A stretch of DNA of 64,000 nt, taken from IMG/VR virus record IMGVR_UViG_3300023174_003901, positions 96,001-160,000 of that record. The stretch is one strand, 5' to 3'. Source of the stretch: a virus (lineage: Duplodnaviria > Caudoviricetes). Shown here piece by piece: positions 1 to 7,466 of this stretch (positions within the stretch are counted from its first letter, which is position 1; each line of letters starts with the position of its first letter). Position numbers and translations under genes: made by a program. The notes under the pieces were generated by a model. It was not told the DNA's origin and ran no database searches. It saw only the letters and a program-made list of their open reading frames with translations.

Positions 1-667
1 TCAAGACATCCAAAAATTTCAAACAGTAACGATTGTTTTCAAAATACACACGTGGCTTGTCTATGCCATTGATCATACCAATGGTTTTGCCCGAGTCAAG
101 TATGCGTTGCCATTCGGGCACCTGATCTTTTATCTTTGTTAGACCTAAATGATTTGGAGTCCACATATCATTGATATCATACACCAGATCGAATTTTTTG
201 CGTTTGTCTCCGTAGTATTTTACCACAGACTCAGTGAGGTCAACTTCTCTAAGTTTAATGTTGGGGTGTTGTTCGCACACAGCCCTGGCCACTGGCAGTG
301 CTACATTGAATATCTCAACTTCGCCTGCCGCAAGTTTGTTTTGCGAACCTTGGTACATATGGTAGCACAATATCTCATCGACATGTATGCCGTTTTTTAT
401 AAAACTATCTAAAATGTTGGTGCTGTCAGCACCTCCGCTGAAAAACAGCACAAGGTAGTCATACTTCTCACGCAACTGTTGAGCACGTTGACAATAAATT
501 TCCCACAAACTTTCACTGGGCTCTTGAGTCCAATCCACAGTGCCAAACACTTCGTCGTTGAAATTCCAAGTTGGGTGTATGCCTGTTTTGTGGTGGAGTT
601 CTATGGCCTCCATTTTGCTCACCGTGGTGAGAGATCCGATTTGATAAAATCCAAATTTTTTGTTCAT
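1..667 (-). CDS. PP-loop (adenine nucleotide alpha-hydrolase-like) protein, runs off the left edge
   Basis: Hand translation from ATG at 667: MNKKFGFYQIG...YDYLVLFFSGGADSTNILDSF; SGGxDS PP-loop motif; frame open to position 1. Confidence 0.7.
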   Translation of the reverse strand, partial: MNKKFGFYQIGSLTTVSKMEAIELHHKTGIHPTWNFNDEVFGTVDWTQEPSESLWEIYCQRAQQLREKYDYLVLFFSGGADSTNILDSFIKNGIHVDEILCYHMYQGSQNKLAAGEVEIFNVALPVARAVCEQHPNIKLREVDLTESVVKYYGDKRKKFDLVYDINDMWTPNHLGLTKIKDQVPEWQRILDSGKTIGMINGIDKPRVYFENNRYCLKFLDVL

Positions 668-811
668 GGTAATAATTTACCCAAGTTGTATTTTATTGCT
701 TGTAGAAGAACTCTACTCACAGCCGGCGTTCCATGTGTATCACAATGGTAAAGGAGTAGACTACTCCGAGCGTCTAAGATGCTGGCGTCGGACCTTCCGG
801 CGTTGCAAAAC

Positions 812-819
812 TATTTATA
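812..819 (-). promoter_or_regulatory. T4-late-like promoter TATAAATA
   Basis: Exact TATAAATA on minus strand about 145 nt upstream of the 667 ATG. Confidence 0.55.
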
Positions 820-834
820 TTAACTGTTGTTAGG

Positions 835-996
835 CTAATTTTTTTTGTCGTGACTTCTTGGCTGGTGTTGACGTCCATACAAGTCGGCTTGAATCACTGT
901 GCGTTTGATTTCATTACGTTTGTTACGATCAATGTATGAAGCCAACATGACCTTGTTGGGGCGGCTCATCTTGTAAGTGGGTCCCGGTTTAAGCAT
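835..996 (-). CDS. small basic hypothetical protein (53 aa)
   Basis: Hand translation MLKPGPTYKMSRPNKVMLASYIDRNKRNEIKRTVIQADLYGRQHQPRSHDKKN*; fills the gap directly after rpoZ. Confidence 0.65.
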   Translation of the reverse strand: MLKPGPTYKMSRPNKVMLASYIDRNKRNEIKRTVIQADLYGRQHQPRSHDKKN

Positions 997-998
997 GA

Positions 999-1232
999 TT
1001 AATATTTCCTGTGATGACTTGTGGTTGATAAATCTTGTTTCTTGTAGAGATAACTGCGATCCACAACACCTGCTTCGATCTCCAGCAGGGCTGTGCTGAT
1101 GTTGCTCTGTCCTGGATCGACCCGGGGCATATCGCCACGGCTGAGTTCTCGGGCACGACGACTGGCAACCAAGATTAAATCGTAACGATTGCCAATTCGT
1201 TCTACTGCTAGTTCACTGCTGAGTCTTGACAT
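999..1232 (-). CDS. rpoZ: RNA polymerase omega subunit-like protein
   Basis: 77 aa with NRYDLILVASRRAREL and STALLEIEAG omega signatures; SD AAGGAA upstream. Confidence 0.85.
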   Translation of the reverse strand: MSRLSSELAVERIGNRYDLILVASRRARELSRGDMPRVDPGQSNISTALLEIEAGVVDRSYLYKKQDLSTTSHHRKY

Positions 1233-1267
1233 GGTGTTTCCTTTGTTGATAAATAATTATAACACAC

Positions 1268-1924
1268 TTATTGAGCATGAGCAATCTCAATATAGTAGAT
1301 TTGGCATTCTTGATCTAGATGAAAGTGTTTGGGACTAGGCCAAGAATCCAGCACTTGTAGGCCAGATCGTTTGATCATGGGTTCAAAATCTGCCAAGGTA
1401 CTGCCACGTTGATTTTCTTGTAGAATGATCACACCATCAGAAGCAAGATGTTGCTTTACATGCTGAAAAAAGTTCAGGTGACTGGCCCAACCTGGATCGG
1501 CTTCAATACGTCCACCGTGATCTGCTGTGTGTACTATGGCAGTACCATATGGTTCATGTGGAGGATTGGCCACAATCAAATCAAACTGGTAGTGTATGGG
1601 CAACAGGGCCACATCTCTGAACAACAAGGCCTCCACTCGATCTACAACACCTGCCCGACGAGCAGTCTCTTTGGCCAGTTCCACAGCCGGATCGTAAATG
1701 TCGGACAACAACAGTTGTTGGCAAATGTCATGATCCAGCATACTGAAACCAATAAAGCCTGGACCAGCACACCATTCCCAGCAATGGGCAAACTGTCGTC
1801 CAGGATAGCGTTCCTTGACAACTTCGATCAGTTCCTGTCCAAACCAAGTGCCACCACCGTCAGTTTCGGGCAGGTGAAATACTGTGTATTGATTAGGTCC
1901 TGTTGTGGTAAATTCGTGTATCAT
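1268..1924 (-). CDS. class I SAM-dependent methyltransferase (HemK/PrmC-like)
   Basis: Motif I WCAGPGFIG and DLIVANPPH (NPPY-like). Confidence 0.8.
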   Translation of the reverse strand: MIHEFTTTGPNQYTVFHLPETDGGGTWFGQELIEVVKERYPGRQFAHCWEWCAGPGFIGFSMLDHDICQQLLLSDIYDPAVELAKETARRAGVVDRVEALLFRDVALLPIHYQFDLIVANPPHEPYGTAIVHTADHGGRIEADPGWASHLNFFQHVKQHLASDGVIILQENQRGSTLADFEPMIKRSGLQVLDSWPSPKHFHLDQECQIYYIEIAHAQ

Positions 1925-2688
1925 AATCGTTGAGGTCGGTTGGGTTCACGCCACTCGAATGAGTGACCTGCGGTCATTGAGTCTGTTATATGTTGTGCCC
2001 AGGTTCTTGTTTCTGCACTGACCATAAACTCGGGTAGGATCCGGTCACAGTATTCAATGTGCTCCACAGGAGTAGGATGAAAGTCTCTTGTGCGTGGATC
2101 AAACCCATCTGGTATGCCCGGGCGACTACGCCAGTCAGAATTGAAAACAGTTTCGTAAACACTGGGACGTATCAGACTCAGTGTATCTTTGTAAAGTTCA
2201 GCCACGTCTTGTGTGTAACTGTTGGGATCTTCAGGATTGTGACCCAGGCCGCTGAGTTCATTTGAGTAATGTAACGGAATCATGCTAAGGAATCGATATT
2301 GGCAACCCCAATGCTCCAGCAGGTGTCGCACTGCGGTAATAATGGCCATGTCTCTAATGAAGTAGCCACGTTCACAAGCAAACTGTTCAACCCAACCTTT
2401 GGGATATTGACTGCCTGATGACCAATATACGTTGCCGCCTTCTATCCAACGATTGCCCACATAACGATCTTCTCTGGCGGTATTGGTCCACATGATCAAC
2501 ACAGTATCATCAGTACCGAGATTGTGGCGTTGGTTACATTCCAGTAGATTGTATTGTATAGCAGGGTTGCCTGTGCCACAGATGCCCCAGTTTTCAAACT
2601 GATCGAATTCCTGACCGATCATGTCTGCCCAGGTCGGCCAACGCCAGTATTGTGTAAAACTACAACCAAATGTAAAAAGTCTCCGCAT
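1921..2688 (-). CDS. SGNH/GDSL hydrolase-like protein
   Basis: FGCSFT block I-like, GTGN, DFHPTPVEH (DxH); TAAATA 5 nt upstream of ATG. Confidence 0.6.
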   Translation of the reverse strand: MRRLFTFGCSFTQYWRWPTWADMIGQEFDQFENWGICGTGNPAIQYNLLECNQRHNLGTDDTVLIMWTNTAREDRYVGNRWIEGGNVYWSSGSQYPKGWVEQFACERGYFIRDMAIITAVRHLLEHWGCQYRFLSMIPLHYSNELSGLGHNPEDPNSYTQDVAELYKDTLSLIRPSVYETVFNSDWRSRPGIPDGFDPRTRDFHPTPVEHIEYCDRILPEFMVSAETRTWAQHITDSMTAGHSFEWREPNRPQRL

Positions 2689-2696
2689 GAAGGTAT

Positions 2697-2939
2697 TTAC
2701 ATTTCTGTTAGTTTAGAGATATCTTGATGCCGGACAACAATCACGTTGCGTACTTGTTGTTCATGCTTGATAGGCAGATCCAAGTGAATGGTCACTTGTG
2801 GCCCGGTGTTGTCAATCACACGATCGTTGCCCACAGTACCAACAAACGGAATCTTGTTCCAGTGTCCAAATACTCTATCGCCAATTTGGTACTTGGCTCG
2901 ATATCCAATGCGTTCAAAATAGTCTGTTTGATTACCCAT
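2697..2939 (-). CDS. hypothetical protein (80 aa)
   Basis: Start moved to MGNQTDYFERIGY, 7 nt below a TATAAT box (2947-2952). Confidence 0.65.
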   Translation of the reverse strand: MGNQTDYFERIGYRAKYQIGDRVFGHWNKIPFVGTVGNDRVIDNTGPQVTIHLDLPIKHEQQVRNVIVVRHQDISKLTEM

Positions 2940-2988
2940 ACAACATATTATACAGGAATTGTGTAAAAAATCAACGAGTTTGGTAGGA

Positions 2989-3144
2989 CTACTTTCGACG
3001 ACTGCAAGCAGGGTCTTTGCAGACAGTGCTTCGCTTGCGATCACAATCTGGGCAGTCTTTTACTCGCATCCAGTTGATCATGGATTTGGGTATTTCATTT
3101 TTACCGGGTTTTTCCCAACTGTCGCATTTGGCGTTGTATTTCAT
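2989..3144 (-). CDS. small Cys-rich hypothetical protein (51 aa)
   Basis: SD AAGGAG then MKYNAKCD...CPDC...C...C. Confidence 0.55.
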   Translation of the reverse strand: MKYNAKCDSWEKPGKNEIPKSMINWMRVKDCPDCDRKRSTVCKDPACSRRK

Positions 3145-3205
3145 CAATGTCTCCTTGACATACATATACAACGCCATAGCCCTACAAAGGGTTTACATAG
3201 TCAAA

Positions 3206-3231
3206 AAAATAGGCTCCGAAGAGCCTATTTT
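3206..3231 (-). terminator. intrinsic terminator after tmRNA
   Basis: AAAATAGGCTC-TTCG-GAGCCTATTTT followed by a T run on minus strand. Confidence 0.85.
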
Positions 3232-3232
3232 G

Positions 3233-3565
3233 GTGGTTTCTGTTACGAGGTATTTCCTACCCTAGGCGGCTGTTAAGCGGCCAATGCGAACTGTTCGTCG
3301 TTTGCTTTTACGTTTTTTGTTGTCTTCGGCCAGGAACTCCCAACCCTACGGCTTCCACATTGCCGAGCGCCATTACCCCTACTCTTTGCCCTGTCGAAAC
3401 TATGCAGGCCCATCAAAAAAAGAAATGTAATATGATGACAAATATTAATAGTGTTATTACTACTACATCACATGTTCTACATTTGTCCATAACATATCCT
3501 CTTTTGGTGGACCTGGGGGGATTCGCACCCCCGTCCAGAACACTTTTCTTGATAACAGTTTACGC
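3233..3565 (-). ncRNA. ssrA: circularly permuted (two-piece) tmRNA
   Basis: Acceptor piece (T-arm ...CAGGTCC-A-CCA ending at 3505) precedes the coding piece (5' GGGCCTG at 3411); 7-bp acceptor stem with G3.U70; tag frame 3305-3273 = ANDEQFALAA*. Outer boundaries approximate. Confidence 0.93.
3413..3490 (-). CDS. 25-aa hydrophobic peptide inside the tmRNA intervening segment
   Basis: SD GAGGA then MDKCRTCDVVVITLLIFVIILHFFF*; stop ends 1 nt before tmRNA G1. Confidence 0.5.
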   Translation of the reverse strand: MDKCRTCDVVVITLLIFVIILHFFF

Positions 3566-3579
3566 TGTTTGAGTATTTA

Positions 3580-3873
3580 TTATTGATAAATCACTACGTC
3601 TTGGAAGTCTTCACCGTTGACACAGAGTGCGTATTCACGTTTGGCATTATAGCCTTTCTTTAGCACAACCATACCGTCTGCTGTGGTAAAGATTACTTTG
3701 GTACCAATGGTCATACGACCTAGACCCAATTCTCTACGCTCAAATTCAGGATCGTTCATGATCTTGCCACTGCCAAAATCAATACCGTTGTAAACAGCAG
3801 GCACTCGCTCGCCGTTGACCAATAGTACGTATTGGCTGTTTTTGACTAACTTGCTAGGGATAATCTTACGCAT
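3580..3873 (-). CDS. hypothetical protein
   Basis: 97-aa ORF with SD AAGGAA, below a sigma70 promoter. Confidence 0.7.
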   Translation of the reverse strand: MRKIIPSKLVKNSQYVLLVNGERVPAVYNGIDFGSGKIMNDPEFERRELGLGRMTIGTKVIFTTADGMVVLKKGYNAKREYALCVNGEDFQDVVIYQ

Positions 3874-3903
3874 GGCTGTTTCCTTTTGTGTTGCTAAGTC
3901 ATA

Positions 3904-3933
3904 ATTATAGCATATGAACCATTAAATGGTCAA
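3904..3933 (-). promoter_or_regulatory. sigma70-type promoter
   Basis: TTGACC-N18-TATAAT with extended TG. Confidence 0.7.
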
Positions 3934-3972
3934 ACGGAAAAAAGTAATACTCAAGTATTACATGCTACATTT

Positions 3973-4638
3973 TTAGTTGCCAGCCCAAGGGTCATTAAAT
4001 ACCGGAATCCATCCTCGATACATGGTGTTTGAAGCAATGTCTAAATCGTCTACATTGTGCTCGCTACCAACTAGTTCACGAGCATCCTCTAGAGATTTAT
4101 ACACTTGACGTACACCAGGCCCGTATTTTTGGTCAAAAAATTCTTGGTTATTTTGCGTTTGCCAAAAGTCCCGATTTGGATCATACTTGGGACCTAGTTT
4201 GGTTGTTTTGTTTAAGAAAGGAATATTGACAGGTTCGGGTGACAGTTTCTCGGTGGGAATCATAATCCAATCACTTTTGCCTACCCGCACAGTACGGACC
4301 GGACCAAATCTCGGAAAATGTCGTCGGATGGCTGGATCTTGTATTTTAGCAACGAAATTCACAAATTCAACTGGATTACTTGTGTCCTCTCTAGATCCGG
4401 GTGTGTTTTTTTTGTAAAATTTTATTACCTGATTATTTTTTTCCGCCACCACAGCATAACTACCTTTGCCTAGTGTGTTCCATCCACGCTCACGCAAGAA
4501 GTTAACTATTTCATCTTTTTCTCCGGGCCACACGCCTTGGACCCTACCTGCCGCTGGTGTCTGGACCAGGGAACTTGGGTTGGCTATCTCATTTAATACA
4601 TTAATATTAGACTCGGTGAAGATTTCTTTAAAACGCAT
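3973..4638 (-). CDS. late hypothetical protein with kinase-like motifs
   Basis: Start MRFKEIFTE 4 nt after TAAATA; LGKGSYAVV, VIK, degenerate DLxxxN, NDP. Confidence 0.55.
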   Translation of the reverse strand: MRFKEIFTESNINVLNEIANPSSLVQTPAAGRVQGVWPGEKDEIVNFLRERGWNTLGKGSYAVVAEKNNQVIKFYKKNTPGSREDTSNPVEFVNFVAKIQDPAIRRHFPRFGPVRTVRVGKSDWIMIPTEKLSPEPVNIPFLNKTTKLGPKYDPNRDFWQTQNNQEFFDQKYGPGVRQVYKSLEDARELVGSEHNVDDLDIASNTMYRGWIPVFNDPWAGN

Positions 4639-4645
4639 GTAGTAT

Positions 4646-4825
4646 TTATTTGGTGCTGAGATGACACGACGCCACAATCTGTTTGTTTTGGGCCCGGAAC
4701 TCTTCACGTTTCTGGACTCGGGCCTGCTCGCATTCTGCTTGGGTTTTGAACTTGGCTTGTTCGCCATACTCAGGCACTGGCCCTAGCACACTAAACGATA
4801 ATACCCAGATCAATGTCCGGCTCAT
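4646..4825 (-). CDS. small hypothetical protein (59 aa)
   Basis: Hand translation MSRTLIWVLSFSVLGPVPEYGEQAKFKTQAECEQAR...CHLSTK*; SD AGGAA. Confidence 0.65.
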   Translation of the reverse strand: MSRTLIWVLSFSVLGPVPEYGEQAKFKTQAECEQARVQKREEFRAQNKQIVASCHLSTK

Positions 4826-4850
4826 AGCAAATTCCTAATTGTGATATTTA

Positions 4851-4926
4851 TGGTGCCCCCTCCAGGTTACGCTCCTGGCTTTCAGGATTTTCAGTCCTGC
4901 ACTTTCACTAGATTAGTTTAAGGGGC
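4851..4926 (-). tRNA. tRNA-Phe(GAA)
   Basis: Cloverleaf, anticodon arm CAGGA-CTGAAAA-TCCTG, encoded CCA. Confidence 0.92.
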
Positions 4927-4929
4927 AAC

Positions 4930-5004
4930 TGGCGGGTCCTGCAGGAATCGAACCCACATCTCCAAGTTCGAAGCATGGCATTCTATCCATTGAACTAAAG
5001 ACCC
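4930..5004 (-). tRNA. tRNA-Arg(TCG)
   Basis: Loop CTTCGAA, GGTTCGA T-arm, CCA. Confidence 0.9.
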
Positions 5005-5012
5005 ATAAGTAA

Positions 5013-5717
5013 ATGATGACAGAATTCATATACACCTTAATCGCAACACACATCACCATAGCATGTGTTACACTGTACCTGCATCGCGGACAAGCACATC
5101 GATCAGTGACGTTTCATCCTGTGATCGAACACTTTATGCGAGCCTGGCTATGGCTCACAACAGGCATGGTCACCAAGCAATGGGTGGCCATACACCGCAA
5201 GCATCACAGATACAGTGATCGAGCCGGTGACCCACACTCACCACATGTGTATGGGATTGGGCAGGTATTTTTTAAAGGAGCGATGTTATATCATGCGGCA
5301 TCAAAAGATAAAGATATGGTTAGTACATATGGTCGTGGCACTCCTGCTGATTGGGTGGAGCGCAACATATACACTCCTCACAGTAGACTTGGCATTGGCC
5401 TGGTCCTTGTGTTCAACACCTTGATATTTGGTTGGTGGGGTATACTCGTCTGGGGCATTCAAATGATCTGGATTCCACTCTGGGCCGCGGGAGTTATCAA
5501 CGGCCTAGGTCATTGGGCAGGATATAGGAACGGAGAAACTCGTGATCTCAGTCGTAATCTTGTGCCTTGGGGCATTGTGGTTGGCGGTGAGGAACTACAC
5601 AACAATCATCACCTGGATCCGGCTAGTGCTCGCCTTAGTAGGCGTTGGTGGGAGTTTGACATAGGTTGGATGTATATCTGCATCTTTAAGAACCTAAGAT
5701 TGGCCACTGTCAAATAA
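5013..5717 (+). CDS. membrane fatty acid (acyl-CoA delta-9-type) desaturase
   Basis: His boxes HRGQAH, HRKHH, HNNHH and hydrophobic segments; only convincing plus-strand gene. Confidence 0.92.
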   Translation: MMTEFIYTLIATHITIACVTLYLHRGQAHRSVTFHPVIEHFMRAWLWLTTGMVTKQWVAIHRKHHRYSDRAGDPHSPHVYGIGQVFFKGAMLYHAASKDKDMVSTYGRGTPADWVERNIYTPHSRLGIGLVLVFNTLIFGWWGILVWGIQMIWIPLWAAGVINGLGHWAGYRNGETRDLSRNLVPWGIVVGGEELHNNHHLDPASARLSRRWWEFDIGWMYICIFKNLRLATVK

Positions 5718-5718
5718 T

Positions 5719-5792
5719 TGGTGCTCTCACCGGGTAACGATCCTGGGTTTCTACATTACCAATGTAGTGTAATGCCTTTATACTATGAGAGC
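5719..5792 (-). tRNA. tRNA-Thr(GGT)
   Basis: CTACA-TTGGTAA-TGTAG arm, CCA. Confidence 0.9.
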
Positions 5793-5800
5793 AATGAAAT

Positions 5801-5982
5801 AAAGAAAGCACTACCTGATGTTTAAGGGTGCGGAATACATGTCTGCACTCCCTTCCCTCCAGCAACATGACACGACTGTGACTGGCAGTCTACCGCGGCT
5901 TTCGCCCGTTCAGAGGCGCTGGATCTAATAAGGTCCCTGGTAGTTAGGCCCATAGTCAATGAGTTTCTAACACGCTTTCTTT
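5801..5982 (-). ncRNA. candidate structured RNA (~180 nt), family unknown
   Basis: Closing stem AAAGAAAGC/GCTTTCTTT, inner stems ACTACC/GGTAGT and TCCAGC/GCTGGA, GGC-GAAA-GCC hairpin. Confidence 0.55.
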
Positions 5983-6017
5983 ACTCAACTTGGAGCGGGA
6001 TATTATCCCGCATTGCT

Positions 6018-6107
6018 TGGCGGAACGTTAGGGAGTCGAACCCTATCAGCGGCTCGTCACCACCGCGGGATTAGCAATCCCGTGCCTTACCATCCGGCCC
6101 ACGTTCC
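6018..6107 (-). tRNA. tRNA-Ser(GCT)
   Basis: CGGGA-TTGCTAA-TCCCG, long variable arm, CCA. Confidence 0.92.
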
Positions 6108-6115
6108 TCTATGTA

Positions 6116-6144
6116 ATTATACTGCAATCAATCTCTGTTGTCAA
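6116..6144 (-). promoter_or_regulatory. sigma70 promoter within tRNA array
   Basis: TTGACA-N17-TATAAT. Confidence 0.8.
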
Positions 6145-6147
6145 TTC

Positions 6148-6223
6148 TGGAGCGGAAGGCGAGATTCGAACTCGTCTATTTCAGTTTGGAAGACTGACGT
6201 GTAACCCAAAACACTTCATCCGC
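6148..6223 (-). tRNA. tRNA-Gly(TCC)
   Basis: TCAGT-CTTCCAA-ACTGA, U73, CCA. Confidence 0.9.
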
Positions 6224-6230
6224 GGTTGTT

Positions 6231-6707
6231 CTATGCTGCCTTGCTCAGTACCCAGTCAAGTCTGTCTGCGGCATAACTTGCGGCAAACGCTCGAGGTTTG
6301 ACCATGGGGATCACATTGCAAGTGCCTTTGATGTAGCCAATGGCTTGATTGACCACTATACTAGACTTGTGCATTTGATCAGGGTTAATGTCAAGGTGAA
6401 CTTCTACTAGTCGATCTTCCAGCACATCTGCCAGGCGCTGAAACAATTCACTTACCTTGTACACTTCGTTCATGAGTCTCATGCTGGGTCTATCGCTACG
6501 TTGATCCCAGTCTTGTTCTCTCACAACTTCTCCAAAGATTTTGCAACCATGGCAACTGTCAATGTGTACCACAACGGCCAGAGCATAGTCAGCGTACCAA
6601 CGTCCATTGACTTTGACACGTTCACTATCACAGCCGAGGTAAACAGCAGTTTCTGGACTTTGTGCATCAATATAGGCTTTGACTTGGTCTAGATCAAGTT
6701 TTTTCAT
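6231..6707 (-). CDS. RNase H-like YkuK (DUF458) family protein
   Basis: YLGCDSE, HIDSCHG, EVHLDIN acidic RNase H-fold motifs. Confidence 0.75.
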   Translation of the reverse strand: MKKLDLDQVKAYIDAQSPETAVYLGCDSERVKVNGRWYADYALAVVVHIDSCHGCKIFGEVVREQDWDQRSDRPSMRLMNEVYKVSELFQRLADVLEDRLVEVHLDINPDQMHKSSIVVNQAIGYIKGTCNVIPMVKPRAFAASYAADRLDWVLSKAA

Positions 6708-6731
6708 ATTTGCTTTCTTTTATTTATAGAG

Positions 6732-6806
6732 TGGTCCGGCTAGCAGGAATCGAACCCACATTCATCGGGTAGAAGCCGACGGTATTATCCATTATACTAT
6801 AGCCAG
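6732..6806 (-). tRNA. tRNA-Arg(TCT)
   Basis: GTCGG-CTTCTAC-CCGAT, CCA. Confidence 0.9.
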
Positions 6807-6972
6807 AATAAATAGGATTATGAGATTTGACAACGAACACGGCATTGAAGCATTGTACCAAGTGGCTGCCGAGGGGGTGTATCAAGAACACTGGTTCTCT
6901 ACTGTACGCAGAGACTTTGTGATTGATCCTCAGTTGATAAATCCCCTACGTGAATTTTGTTTAGACACTACA

Positions 6973-7056
6973 TGGTGCAAGCACCCGGAGTCGAACCGGG
7001 ATGCCATAAGCGGTGAATTTTAAGTCCACTGGGTCTGCCGATTCCCCCATGCTTGC
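6973..7056 (-). tRNA. tRNA-Leu(TAA)
   Basis: GTGGA-CTTAAAA-TTCAC, variable arm, CCA. Confidence 0.92.
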
Positions 7057-7059
7057 AAT

Positions 7060-7135
7060 TGGTCTCCGATGAGAGATTTGAACTCCCGCTTCATGGTCCC
7101 AAACCACGGGTACTGCCAGGCTATACTAATCGGAG
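7060..7135 (-). tRNA. tRNA-Pro(TGG)
   Basis: CGTGG-TTTGGGA-CCATG, CCA. Confidence 0.9.
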
Positions 7136-7374
7136 TTGATTCTTTGCTTGATCCACATGCCAAACAACGTGCCACAGTAGGCACCTAGCAGGGCTGGAAT
7201 CAAGGCCCAATGATCTGCTGTGTAGTTGATCACCGCCACACTGGCAGTAAAGGTCACTGCTACTGACCACCATGCGGCCATCATTGGGCGATTGTCTTGT
7301 ATTGATCTCACAAAGTATACGTAGATCAAGTCAGTGGCAAATACTGCAAAAAAAGTCACAACATAATCTAGCAT
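7126..7374 (-). CDS. small membrane protein
   Basis: 82 aa, about three hydrophobic segments; last 10 nt overlap the tRNA-Pro 5' end. Confidence 0.7.
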   Translation of the reverse strand: MLDYVVTFFAVFATDLIYVYFVRSIQDNRPMMAAWWSVAVTFTASVAVINYTADHWALIPALLGAYCGTLFGMWIKQRINSD

Positions 7375-7388
7375 ACAAACTTTCTAGA

Positions 7389-7462
7389 TGGTGCCCCTAG
7401 AGAGAATCGAACTCCCGTCCTCGGATTACAAAACCGATGTTCTGCCATTTAACTATAGGGGC
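7389..7462 (-). tRNA. tRNA-Thr(TGT)
   Basis: Loop TTTGTAA, T-arm GGAGTTCGATTCT, CCA. Confidence 0.9.
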
Positions 7463-7466
7463 TGAT

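Noticed and set aside
1-667. PP-loop protein as the missing QueC
   Set aside because: SGGxDS is shared by many alpha-hydrolase families; the visible part lacks QueC features, and the gene is truncated and 20 kb from the cluster. It remains unresolved.
3360-3572. Plus-strand 70-aa ORF and 2959-3276/3017-3265 ORFs
   Set aside because: They are antisense to the tmRNA and its terminator.
4639-4767. N-terminal extension of the 3973-4767 ORF, and TGGTGCTGAG at 4651 resembling a tRNA 3' end
   Set aside because: The region is occupied by a better 59-aa ORF (4646-4825) in another frame; no cloverleaf can be built.
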